Assembly (NCBI GenBank): GCA_022072165.1 | Contig: JAJVIF010000004.1 | Coordinates: 79,667 to 143,666 of the forward strand | Direction: 5' to 3' | DNA: 64,000 bases | From: a bacterium | Lineage (GTDB): Bacteria > JAJVIF01 | Shown: one piece after another, positions 19,707-30,064 of the stretch | Position numbering within the stretch: the stretch's first letter is position 1 | How the letters are laid out: the number at the start of each line of letters is the position of its first letter | Notes under the pieces: generated by a model | What the model was told of the DNA's origin: nothing | Seen by the model: only the letters and a program-made list of their open reading frames with translations | The model's database searches: none | Position numbers and translations under genes: made by a program

Positions 19707-21083
19707 TTATGGAGTCGTGGGCGGTGCGATGTGCGCGAGGATAAGCTCATGCGCGTCGGGACGCCCTTCGGTGGCATCGCGATAGAGCGCCAGCCAGCCG
19801 CCATCCGGGCTGGCGGCCAGTCCCAGGAGGAGCTCCATCCCGGTGTCCCCATCGCCGAGATTCAGGAAGCTGGTGCGAGTCGGACGCTGGGAGCGGGAAG
19901 TGAGGAGGACGAAGCGGAGGTCCGGTGCCGCAGCAACCGGACGGCTCTCGCTCCAGGCGAGCAGGCGGGTCGGGCCTTGCCGTGCCAGCATGACCGAATG
20001 CGCGCGGGATTCCGTCTGATGGTCATTGAAGTCCCCCTCGGAATCCCAGGACCCATCTGGCCGCAGTCGCCAGAGGACCGGCTCCCGCGACCAGGCATTG
20101 ATCTCATGGAGGCCTGCGATCTTGTGTCGCTTCAGCTTGTCCCGCCAGGCCGCCGACTGGAAACGGACCACCGCCTGTGTGGCGGCGATGCTGACTTCGC
20201 CGCTCGGACCGACTGTCAGTTGTGGTTCAGCCTGCCAGAACCGCTCCTGCGGCTGATCGAGCATCCGGCTGGGCTCGAACGCCAGGGTCGCCAGCGGAGC
20301 GCGTGTGACATAGAGAAAGAGTCCTCGGTCGGGAAAACGACGTCCATCGGTGTAGGCGACATAGAGCCAGTCGCCGGTGACCCCGGCGCTGAAGGCCCCT
20401 TTCGACGCACCGGTGGGGTCATCATCGACTGGCAGCAACGCCGCAGGTTGGTCGCCTGCTGGCAGCGCCCGCCAGCAGCGGAGGTGATCGCGGGTCCGCT
20501 CCTGAGTTTCCTGCAGCAGCACCGCAACCTGACCGGGTCCCAGAACCACAGGTAACGGGAGACTCAGGCTCTGTCCCGGAGTGGCTATCAGATCAGGACA
20601 GGCGCGACTCCAGGCCGCACCGGCGTCATCAGACCGCAGCAGGGCCATGGAGGTGGTGCCGGTACTGCCGGGGGGCATCTGGTCTGGGACCGCGACCAGC
20701 GCCAGGAAGAGGACACCGTCCGCTGGATCCCGGGTCAGGGAGCCGTGAATCACCCGCTGTCGGGCGATGAGGGCCGAGGCCTCGATCGCCTGCGCGAACG
20801 TCTGCCCGCCATCGGCAGAGTGGGTGATCCAGATACTGCTTCCTGAGGGTCCCGACAGGGAAAACAAGACCCAGGCATCCTCGCCAGCGACCAGCAACTG
20901 GGAGCCCAGTCCACTGGTCGCGCAGATGGCCTGTGCGCCCGTCGGCTCCTGGTGCAACAGGAATCGCCGGGTGACCGGCGGCGGATCGGTGCGGGATGGG
21001 GTGGGGAGGAAGTCACTAAAAAGAGCCAGCGTCAGGGCGCAGAGCAGGAGTAACGTCGCGATGACAGGTCCGCGCCAGGCCAT
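19707..21083 (-). CDS. membrane-anchored BNR/Asp-box repeat protein, paralog-like neighbour
   Basis: Asp-boxes SADGGQTFA and SDDAGAAWS; start placed at MAWRGPVIATLLLLCALTLALF (track ORF extends to 21140). Confidence 0.6.
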   Translation of the reverse strand: MAWRGPVIATLLLLCALTLALFSDFLPTPSRTDPPPVTRRFLLHQEPTGAQAICATSGLGSQLLVAGEDAWVLFSLSGPSGSSIWITHSADGGQTFAQAIEASALIARQRVIHGSLTRDPADGVLFLALVAVPDQMPPGSTGTTSMALLRSDDAGAAWSRACPDLIATPGQSLSLPLPVVLGPGQVAVLLQETQERTRDHLRCWRALPAGDQPAALLPVDDDPTGASKGAFSAGVTGDWLYVAYTDGRRFPDRGLFLYVTRAPLATLAFEPSRMLDQPQERFWQAEPQLTVGPSGEVSIAATQAVVRFQSAAWRDKLKRHKIAGLHEINAWSREPVLWRLRPDGSWDSEGDFNDHQTESRAHSVMLARQGPTRLLAWSESRPVAAAPDLRFVLLTSRSQRPTRTSFLNLGDGDTGMELLLGLAASPDGGWLALYRDATEGRPDAHELILAHIAPPTTP

Positions 21084-21138
21084 ACAGCATTGTACGGGAG
21101 TGCTGGTGCTGCCGGGGGAGAGGGAGTACGCTTGAGTC

Positions 21139-21435
21139 ATGCCGATCTACGTCTACGAAACCGAAGACGGAAAGTGCGCGGACTGCGGGGGTCGCTTCGA
21201 GATGTTCGAAGGGATCCACGATCCGCCGCTCACCGCCTGTCCGGCCTGCGAGCGGGCGGTCCATCGGGTGATGGCTCCGGCACAGGTGCTGATCCGCAGC
21301 GGCAGCAGCGACCCGATCGCCCGGGCTCAGGAAAAGGGCTTCAAGGCGCTGAAGCGGGATGATGACGGGTCGCTGGTGGACATCAAGACCGGGAAGAAGT
21401 TTCAGGGGCCCCTGCCGGACCTCGATGGGGCCTGA
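21139..21435 (+). CDS. FmdB-family zinc-ribbon protein
   Basis: MPIYVYETEDGKCADCGGRFEMFEGIHDPPLTACPACERAVHRVMAP matches the FmdB zinc-ribbon pattern (two CxxC pairs). Confidence 0.75.
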   Translation: MPIYVYETEDGKCADCGGRFEMFEGIHDPPLTACPACERAVHRVMAPAQVLIRSGSSDPIARAQEKGFKALKRDDDGSLVDIKTGKKFQGPLPDLDGA

Positions 21436-21477
21436 AGCTGTGGTATTTTCTCTGTCCCCCTGATGGGGAAGGGCCGT

Positions 21478-21554
<77 letters not shown>

Positions 21555-21647
21555 TGCTGTTTTTAATGGATGCTGCTGCCCTGGGGCTCAGCTTTGCTAC
21601 ACTCCCTGAGCTTGCAGTAACCCGGAGCCCGCAGGAGGCCCCTCGCT

Positions 21648-22529
21648 TTGGCAACGCTACGCGCCATCAAGAACCGCATCCGGTCGGTCACCAACATCCG
21701 CCAGATCACCAAGGCTATGGAAACGGTGTCGGCCACTAAGCTCCGACGCGCCCAGTCGCGGGCGGAGCAGGGTGCCCCCTACGCCGACAAGATGGGCGAA
21801 ATCCTGGCGAATCTCGTGGCCAGCCTCCCCAAAGGGACCCAGGTCCAGCATCCGCTGATGGAAGTCCGCAGCGAGGTGAAGACGGTCTGCCTCGCCGTCG
21901 TGGCATCAGACAAGGGGCTCTGTGGCTCCTTCAACACCAACGTGGCCCGCGTGGTCAAGCAGGAAGCCGCCCAGTGGGAAGCCCAGGGCGTGAAAGTCCT
22001 GATTCTCCCCATCGGCAAGAAGATGCGGGAAGTCTTCAAGCGCGACCCCCGGGTGATCGAGGGCTACGCCAATCTCGACCAGACCATTCCGTTTAGCGAA
22101 CTGAAAATGATCACGGACCGTCTCACCGGACTCTTCACCTCCGGCGATGTGGATCGTGTGGACTTCATCTTCACCCGCTTCATCAATGCGGCGGTCCAGC
22201 GGGTGGTCTCTGAGCCTTTCCTCCCCCTGAGCCGGGTCTCGGCAGATGATGCTGGCGGGACAAAGGAACGGGACTATGTTTTCGAGCCGGATCCCCAGAC
22301 GCTGTTCGTAAGTCTGCTGCCGGCCTATGCCCGGGTGAAGGTCTTCTTTGTGCTGGCGCAGAACTATGCGTCGGAACATGCGGCCCGTATGGTGAGCATG
22401 AAGAACGCCACCGACAACGCATCGGACCTGATCAAGAATCTGACCCTGCAGCGCAACAAGGCGCGTCAGGCCGCGATCACCAAGGAACTCTCGGAAATTG
22501 TCGGCGGCGCGGAGGCCCTGAAGGGCTAG
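21648..22529 (+). CDS. atpG: F-type ATP synthase gamma subunit
   Basis: (M)ATLRAIKNRIRSVTNIRQITKAMETVSATKLRRAQ... is characteristic of AtpG; TTG start preceded by AGGAGG. Confidence 0.9.
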   Translation: MATLRAIKNRIRSVTNIRQITKAMETVSATKLRRAQSRAEQGAPYADKMGEILANLVASLPKGTQVQHPLMEVRSEVKTVCLAVVASDKGLCGSFNTNVARVVKQEAAQWEAQGVKVLILPIGKKMREVFKRDPRVIEGYANLDQTIPFSELKMITDRLTGLFTSGDVDRVDFIFTRFINAAVQRVVSEPFLPLSRVSADDAGGTKERDYVFEPDPQTLFVSLLPAYARVKVFFVLAQNYASEHAARMVSMKNATDNASDLIKNLTLQRNKARQAAITKELSEIVGGAEALKG

Positions 22530-24193
22530 ACGCTAACCCCGCGTCGACGCTGCATTCTCAGGACCTGCTGCTGTCGCGCGCTTCGGGCGCGCTGCATGAT
22601 GCGCGCGGCAGGAGCCCCGGCAACCCACCCGACTCCCGTGCGTCCGAGATCGCTGAGGATCTCGTCCGCTGCCATCGCGCCGGTGAGTGCGCCCCCTTCC
22701 ATGTAGCCCTGGAAATCGACACTGCAATGCTCGCCGCAGAAGTGGACATTTTCGAAGCGCTCGATCTCCAGCCCCGAAATGGTGCTGTACTGCCCTGGCC
22801 GATAGGCGCTGTAGGAGCCCCGGGTGAGGGGATTCCCCGGCCAGTATTCACGCAGGACCGTCCCGGTGCTCTCATCCGTGAGGCCATTGAAGACTGGCTC
22901 CAGTTGCGCCAGACAGGCCGCCTGGGCCTGCGCGACTGCAATCTGACCAATGGCGACAGCCGGTGCGCCGCCGGTGTAGTTGGTGAGGATGCCCGCCGTG
23001 CCGGGCTGCAGCCGGCTCGTGTCCCAGGTGCACTGATACCCGGCATCCGAATAGGTTTCACCCGTCGCGCCCTGGTCGCGCCAGAGTCGTGACGCAAACC
23101 CCATCATCAGCTTCGTGTTTTGGCCATAAGCCAGGTCGCGAATGGCCGCGACTTTCTCCGGCGGGAAGGCGAGGAAGTTCTCGACCGACCGCAGCACACT
23201 GAAGGGGATGGCCAGGACCACATGCTCGACGGAAACGACGAGAGTCGAGGTACCCGGCCGCTCGAAGAAACAGCGGGTCCGGCCATCGGCCCGGCGGTCC
23301 AGCGCGACCAGACGGGCTCCCAGGGTGATTTGCCCGTCCTGTAACCCCTCGGCAAGTCGCTGCGGGAACTGGTCGTTGCCCTCCGTGGCATGGAAGCGTT
23401 CATCGGATTCTCCGAAGAGGCTGAGCTCTGTGGTGTCCGTGCCGACGAGGTAAATGAGATTCAGGCAGTTGGTGTCATTGGCATCGAGCCCGTACTCGAT
23501 GACATACGCCACTTCCAGCAGCTTGCGGATGGGTCCGGATGCGCCGACTTCATCGAGCCACTCGCTGAGGGACAGGGCGTCGAGACGGGCGAAGCCCGCA
23601 TCGGTCTCCGCCTCGGCGTATGCGTCCTCGATACTGGCTGCCAGTGGTGCGAACGCCAGCAGGAGTTCATCCGGTGTCTGAATGGCGTTGTTGAAGTACG
23701 CCGTGAAGGGGGTGAGATCCTCGGGATCCGTGTCGAAGTCCGTGAGGGCGATGCCGAGTTCCTGCGCCAGATCGAGCATAGTCTCGTGGCCCGAGTCGAT
23801 GAACTCACCCCCCCGTTCGCAGACCAGCCCGGCGAACGTGGAGCGGTCGGACCACATCCGTCCGCCGATCCGCTCGCTCGCTTCGTAGACCTGGGCGATG
23901 ACACCCGCCTGCCGCAGGCGATAGGCGCAGTGGAGACCAGCGATGCCGGCCCCGATCACAATCACGGACTGTTCGATATTGGTGTAGGTAGCCCCAGTCC
24001 CTTCGCTCGTGGCACATCCGGCACCGAAGAACGCGCCAGCGCCCAGCGCGAGGCCGGTCTGCAGGATCTGACGACGCGGGAGGATGGGTCCGTGGTCGTC
24101 GGCGGTGGCCTGGCTTGTGGCTGGAGCCTTTGCTGCCAATTTCAGAAGCTGGGTGAGGCGTCGGAATAGCGCGGTATGTGCCATGGGCGGCAT
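22526..24193 (-). CDS. flavin-containing amine oxidase family protein with twin-arginine (Tat) signal
   Basis: Tat-like PRRQILQTGLALGAGAFFGA; FAD-binding VIVIGAGIAGLHCAYRL...YEASERIGGR; 4-bp convergent overlap with atpG stop. Confidence 0.75.
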   Translation of the reverse strand: MPPMAHTALFRRLTQLLKLAAKAPATSQATADDHGPILPRRQILQTGLALGAGAFFGAGCATSEGTGATYTNIEQSVIVIGAGIAGLHCAYRLRQAGVIAQVYEASERIGGRMWSDRSTFAGLVCERGGEFIDSGHETMLDLAQELGIALTDFDTDPEDLTPFTAYFNNAIQTPDELLLAFAPLAASIEDAYAEAETDAGFARLDALSLSEWLDEVGASGPIRKLLEVAYVIEYGLDANDTNCLNLIYLVGTDTTELSLFGESDERFHATEGNDQFPQRLAEGLQDGQITLGARLVALDRRADGRTRCFFERPGTSTLVVSVEHVVLAIPFSVLRSVENFLAFPPEKVAAIRDLAYGQNTKLMMGFASRLWRDQGATGETYSDAGYQCTWDTSRLQPGTAGILTNYTGGAPAVAIGQIAVAQAQAACLAQLEPVFNGLTDESTGTVLREYWPGNPLTRGSYSAYRPGQYSTISGLEIERFENVHFCGEHCSVDFQGYMEGGALTGAMAADEILSDLGRTGVGWVAGAPAARIMQRARSARQQQVLRMQRRRGVSV

Positions 24194-24230
24194 TCTAGCC
24201 CGTCCGGTCCACCCGGTACACTGGTGCGTC

Positions 24231-25094
24231 ATGAGCCTGACCGACGCCCTGCGCCACGCCATTGCTGAGGACGCTGCATTGCAGGCGCTGGATCAGGCCG
24301 ATGCACCGCGGCTCGAACTTCTCCTGCGCTTTGTGGTCGAGGCGTTTCCGACCGGGTCGCCCGCTGAGGCCGTGCGGTTCGCCCAGCGGGTACTAAATCA
24401 GCAGTCGCTGGTGATGAAGCGGGATGCCCATGGGAATCGCGACCAGTGGCTGAGTCCGGAAGAGCGTCTGCTCCTGGCGCAGCAGGAGGTCGACTGGACT
24501 GCCCTCGGACATCTGGTGCGCGCCGCTTTTCGCCGGTCCCAGGGAGAGCCGGCGGAACTGGCAGCGCAGCGACAGCCCCTGCCCCTCAGCGCCAGTGACC
24601 ACCATCACCCGGCGGAGCTGGATCCGCATCAGCCATGGATGGCACAGGCCGGCTGGATCGAGGCGCTGGTCGGGCGTGCCGAACAGCTGGTGCAGAAGTG
24701 GGAGTCGGGGGATTTGCGCGAGTCGCCCTGGGAGCAGCGACATACCCTGGTGCCTGAGGTGCTGACGCTTCTGGCACGACCAGGCGAAGGTGCATTCCCG
24801 CACCGTGGGCTCGTCTGGGGCTACGCCGGGTTCCTCGCACGGCTGGAACGCCTCGGGCAACTGCGGACCACCGCGAATCACATGCTCGATCCCGCCACTA
24901 TTCTGGAGCATCAGCAGCAGCGTCGGTGGGTCCCGCCGACGCTGGCGCTGGTGCAGTACCTAAGCGCTCTGGCGATTGCTGCGGGCAGTGCTGGCGATGG
25001 GGCTGCTGGCGAGCTGTTAGCTGGCATCGAGGCGGGGTATGCGACCGGCGTTCTGGAGGATGCCGCGACCAGTCCGATGCCTGCAGGACGGTAG
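24231..25094 (+). CDS. hypothetical protein
   Basis: Track ORF 24084..25094; start placed at MSLTDALRHAIAED. No recognisable domain. Confidence 0.4.
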   Translation: MSLTDALRHAIAEDAALQALDQADAPRLELLLRFVVEAFPTGSPAEAVRFAQRVLNQQSLVMKRDAHGNRDQWLSPEERLLLAQQEVDWTALGHLVRAAFRRSQGEPAELAAQRQPLPLSASDHHHPAELDPHQPWMAQAGWIEALVGRAEQLVQKWESGDLRESPWEQRHTLVPEVLTLLARPGEGAFPHRGLVWGYAGFLARLERLGQLRTTANHMLDPATILEHQQQRRWVPPTLALVQYLSALAIAAGSAGDGAAGELLAGIEAGYATGVLEDAATSPMPAGR

Positions 25095-25116
25095 CGACGG
25101 GCGTACACTTTCGCGC

Positions 25117-25608
25117 ATGACAACTCGCACTTCCGGCCTCCGCGCCCTCATCGCACTCTGTCTCACCTCGCTGCTGCTGGTGGCCGCCTGTGATGGCTCT
25201 ACACCTAAGGAAGAGCCGAAGGCCGAGCCCCCAGCGGGTGGTGCGGCCCAGACCGATCCGTCGCAGGTCCAGCAGCCGGGCGACCCCAATCCAACCAACA
25301 CACCCGCCGGTCAGGTGCCAGCGCAGCAGCCGGTCGATACGCCGCTGGCCACGGTCGAGGTCCCGGAGGGGACCCCGATGGAGAGTGATCAGGAGCAAGC
25401 GCTGGCGCTGCTGAACTACATGGAGCGGAACAGCGATGCCCCGCGCTGGGTCATCACCTGGCAGGGCGGGGCGGCGTCGCTGGACCTGGACAGCGTCACG
25501 GGGATCCTGCAGCGACGGCTGCCGGACGGATCAACCGCACGATTTGAGGGGATCGACAAGGGGACGGTCGAAGAGGTCGCGAATGGCAAGCGCGGCTGGG
25601 GCGGTTAA
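25117..25608 (+). CDS. lipoprotein, function unknown
   Basis: MTTRTSGLRALIALCLTSLLLVAACDGS (lipobox LVAAC), Pro/Glu/Ala-rich linker. Confidence 0.5.
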   Translation: MTTRTSGLRALIALCLTSLLLVAACDGSTPKEEPKAEPPAGGAAQTDPSQVQQPGDPNPTNTPAGQVPAQQPVDTPLATVEVPEGTPMESDQEQALALLNYMERNSDAPRWVITWQGGAASLDLDSVTGILQRRLPDGSTARFEGIDKGTVEEVANGKRGWGG

Positions 25609-26753
25609 GAAGGCGCCGGTTCAAGGACCTGGATGATGCCGTTGGCAAAGTAGACCCGCTCCCGGGTGTGGGTGGGTGATTCCGTAAGGATTCCAAGCTC
25701 CACCAGGCGGAGAGTGTGCTCTTTGACCGCGTTGTAACTCTTGCCGGTGATCTTTGCCATCGACGGGATGCTGATCCAGGGCGATTCGAAGAGCTGATCG
25801 ACAATCTCGTACGCCAGCCCGGCCCGGGTCTGGGTTTGCAGCAGGACCTGGTAACCCTTACGCAGTGCCAGTAGCTCCTGCGCCAGGAAGCGCGCCCGGC
25901 TCGCCTGCTCCGCAAAGCCGGTGAGCAAAAACTCAAGCCACGCCTGCCAGTCTCCGCTCATCGACACTCCCGTGAGCAGGTCGTAATAGGTCTGACGATT
26001 CCGCTTGATGTAATCGCTCAGGTCAAGCGCCGGGAAGCTGAGGACCTGGTCCTGTACCAGGTGCAGCAGCATCAGGAGTCGGCCTGTCCGGCCATTTCCA
26101 TCCAGGAACGGGTGGATCGCCTCGAACTGGTAATGGGCGATGGCGATTCGTGTCAGCAGCGGAAACTCGCTCGGTGCATGCAGGAATTGCTCCCAGTTGC
26201 TGAGCAATGCAGGGAGTTCATCAGCAGGAGGAGGAACATACCGGGCTTCCGCTGGAGTGCGTCCCCCGATCCAGACCGGAAGGCGTCGGAGTTCACCCGG
26301 CGAGGCGGAGTTGCCCCGGACATCCGCCAGCAGCATCCGGTGCATTTCCCGGACGATCCTCAGACAAAGCGGAAGCTCCTGCAGCAACTCCATCCCCCGA
26401 TGCAGCGCAGTGACATAATTGAGTACCTCCTCGGCATCGGGGTTAGCAGCACCAACTCCGCCGGTCGCTTCGAATTCCAGGAGTCCACGGTAATCAGTTG
26501 TCGTTCCTTCTATCCGACTCGACTGCACCGCTTCTCTTCTGGCGAACGCATGGGTGAGCAACATCGGGTTGGACAGGTTTTGCAGCAACCCATTGAGTTC
26601 CCGCAATTCGCCCTGCGCTGTTGCTTCCAGCCGGGTCAGACTCCAGGAGGCCGACAGGGTGGGGGGGAGCATTGCCGGGACAAACGCCCGGTAGTTTTCC
26701 AGCTGTCGCCAGCTGCCTGCTGCTGATCCAGGAGAAACGGGAGTATCTGCCAC
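25605..26753 (-). CDS. Fic/Doc-family protein (putative AMPylase) with N-terminal inhibitory-helix motif
   Basis: Canonical Fic motif HPFLDGNGRTGR; upstream SSRIEG fits the (S/T)xxxE(G/N) inhibitory motif; start uncertain (GTG 26753 with AATGGGG RBS, TTG 26789 or ATG 26672). Confidence 0.8.
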   Translation of the reverse strand: MADTPVSPGSAAGSWRQLENYRAFVPAMLPPTLSASWSLTRLEATAQGELRELNGLLQNLSNPMLLTHAFARREAVQSSRIEGTTTDYRGLLEFEATGGVGAANPDAEEVLNYVTALHRGMELLQELPLCLRIVREMHRMLLADVRGNSASPGELRRLPVWIGGRTPAEARYVPPPADELPALLSNWEQFLHAPSEFPLLTRIAIAHYQFEAIHPFLDGNGRTGRLLMLLHLVQDQVLSFPALDLSDYIKRNRQTYYDLLTGVSMSGDWQAWLEFLLTGFAEQASRARFLAQELLALRKGYQVLLQTQTRAGLAYEIVDQLFESPWISIPSMAKITGKSYNAVKEHTLRLVELGILTESPTHTRERVYFANGIIQVLEPAPS

Positions 26754-26780
26754 CGCCCCATTATTGCAGAAATCAACTGA

Positions 26781-28379
<1,599 letters not shown>

Positions 28380-28405
28380 CAGGCGCGCCGGATCAAGCTT
28401 TGAAG

Positions 28406-28439
28406 CGACGGGACTCCAGCGGGTCCCGTCGTTTTTTTG
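28406..28439 (+). terminator. rho-independent terminator after atpD
   Basis: GACGGGAC-TCCAGCGG-GTCCCGTC followed by GTTTTTTTG. Confidence 0.75.
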
Positions 28440-28479
28440 TGTGACGCGATGAAGTGCCCCACACACGGACCCTCTTCCG

Positions 28480-28840
28480 GAGCCCGGGTCTTTAGACCCG
28501 GGACGTGATTCTTGGCCCGCACAGCCCTATGTGTCGAAGCGTTAGGGACTGAAGTCCACCGACCCATCGACCTAGAGATCGACACCCCGGTCGACCATGA
28601 GGTCAACCCACCAGACCAATCGATTTCCTCCCTCCCCCCCCGCTTGCGGGGGGGGGGCGGCGCAGCCGCCGGGGACTTTCTCGGTGGGAGCGCAGCAACC
28701 GGGGGCTTCTGCGCCGCTCGCGCCGCAGTCCATACCGGAGAAAATTCGCATTGCACTCGACTCGGAGGGGCGACCCCCGGTCGCCCGGTGCCCCGACGCC
28801 CGCGTCGGTGGGGGCCGCGACGCCCCGTCGCGGATATGAA
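28480..28840. repeat. GC-rich palindromic intergenic repeat element, copy B
   Basis: Shares sequence blocks with reverse complement of 7990..8300; contains C8-GCTTGC-G10 (28634..28657) and GAGGGGCGACC-CCC-GGTCGCCC hairpin. Confidence 0.7.
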
Positions 28841-29094
28841 GATGTTGGTTGAAGAGCGGAGCGGCGCAGCACGCCACGCCGCTACGTTCTGTTCGTGAAT
28901 TGCCCGGTCGGCACGACTGATCAGCAACTCCCCCCACATAGGCCCCCGTCAACGCACTGATCTGCACCGGCGGTAGTGGCGCGGCGTGCTGCGCCGCTCT
29001 GGCTTCATGTGTTGATTGCTGGCCAAAACAAGACGGCCCCCGGATGGGAGCCGTGCGTCCGTTGCATACAGCGTTGCAGATGTCAGCGACCCTG

Positions 29095-29679
29095 CTACAG
29101 CAGCGTCTGATGCTCCTCATTGCCGACCACGTCGGCCTTGGCAGCGTGGTGGAGCATGTCGGTGTTGTCGACGAAGTCTGATGGTGGACCCGCGACCGGC
29201 ATGGGAGCATTCCGCTCCACCGACGCGAGTTCCTGATGCCGGATCCGCTGGGCATAGCCCTCGTAGGTCGCGATCATCGGCAGATCATGCGCGTCTTTCG
29301 CCGTCTGCAGGAGCCCGTAGAGGGCTTCCTTCGCTTCTTTGAGCTTGCCCCGGTCGATGAGGCGTTCGATATAGGGATCCCGCAGGTCCGCCGAAGCTTT
29401 GGACGCGAGATCTGTCTCAGGTCGTGTCGCCTCCCGCGTGAAGCCCATGTGCAGGGCCGAAGCCCCGACGGTCTCCGCCGTGTCGATGACCGGCCCGCTG
29501 TATTGCGGCTCCCGGTCGGCGGTCACAGCGCAGGCGATCCAGGCGATGGGGCCGGCGACCAGTGCGAACAGCCCCCAGAGGCTGCCGTTGCGTCCCTCCC
29601 CTTCGGCCCGGGAATATGTCAGGGCGGCACCGATCAGCCAGATCAGGCCTACCAGCCCGTACGCGATATATGAATTCAT
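29095..29679 (-). CDS. hypothetical membrane protein
   Basis: Start ATG 29679 with GGGAGG RBS; two hydrophobic helices (YGLVGLIWLIGAALTY, LWGLFALVAGPIAWIACAV). Confidence 0.5.
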   Translation of the reverse strand: MNSYIAYGLVGLIWLIGAALTYSRAEGEGRNGSLWGLFALVAGPIAWIACAVTADREPQYSGPVIDTAETVGASALHMGFTREATRPETDLASKASADLRDPYIERLIDRGKLKEAKEALYGLLQTAKDAHDLPMIATYEGYAQRIRHQELASVERNAPMPVAGPPSDFVDNTDMLHHAAKADVVGNEEHQTLL

Positions 29680-30064
29680 GGCACCTCCCTCGAGTCGTAC
29701 GTCGAGCGCACGTAATACGAGCGCATAGGCAGCAGTCCCGCGGCTGACAGGTAGCATCAGACGCGGCGCGGCAACGCGCTTTTGGTGACCCTGGTCGTAA
29801 CTTCGGAGTCTGACAGTCCCCTGCGAGTTCACGCCGCCTAGCGTGACCCGGCTGGGGTATGGGTCAGTATACCATCCTGACATTCGCCATAGGTGCGACC
29901 TGGCCTGATTTCATCAGGGTCCCGGTACAATGAAGGTATCGCCCGGCACTCCAGCGGGAGCTGGCGTGAAGGGACGGGTCGCTCAGGCCCCCTCGCTCAT
30001 CTTCTGGACATCGCGGAGCTGCCACGATCCCCCACGGATGGTGCACGCTCCCAGGGACCCTAAC

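Noticed and set aside
28572-29255. 227-aa minus-strand ORF spanning repeat copy B
   Set aside because: Translates the GC-rich repeat (poly-Pro/Gly/Ala), no RBS; intergenic repeat DNA.
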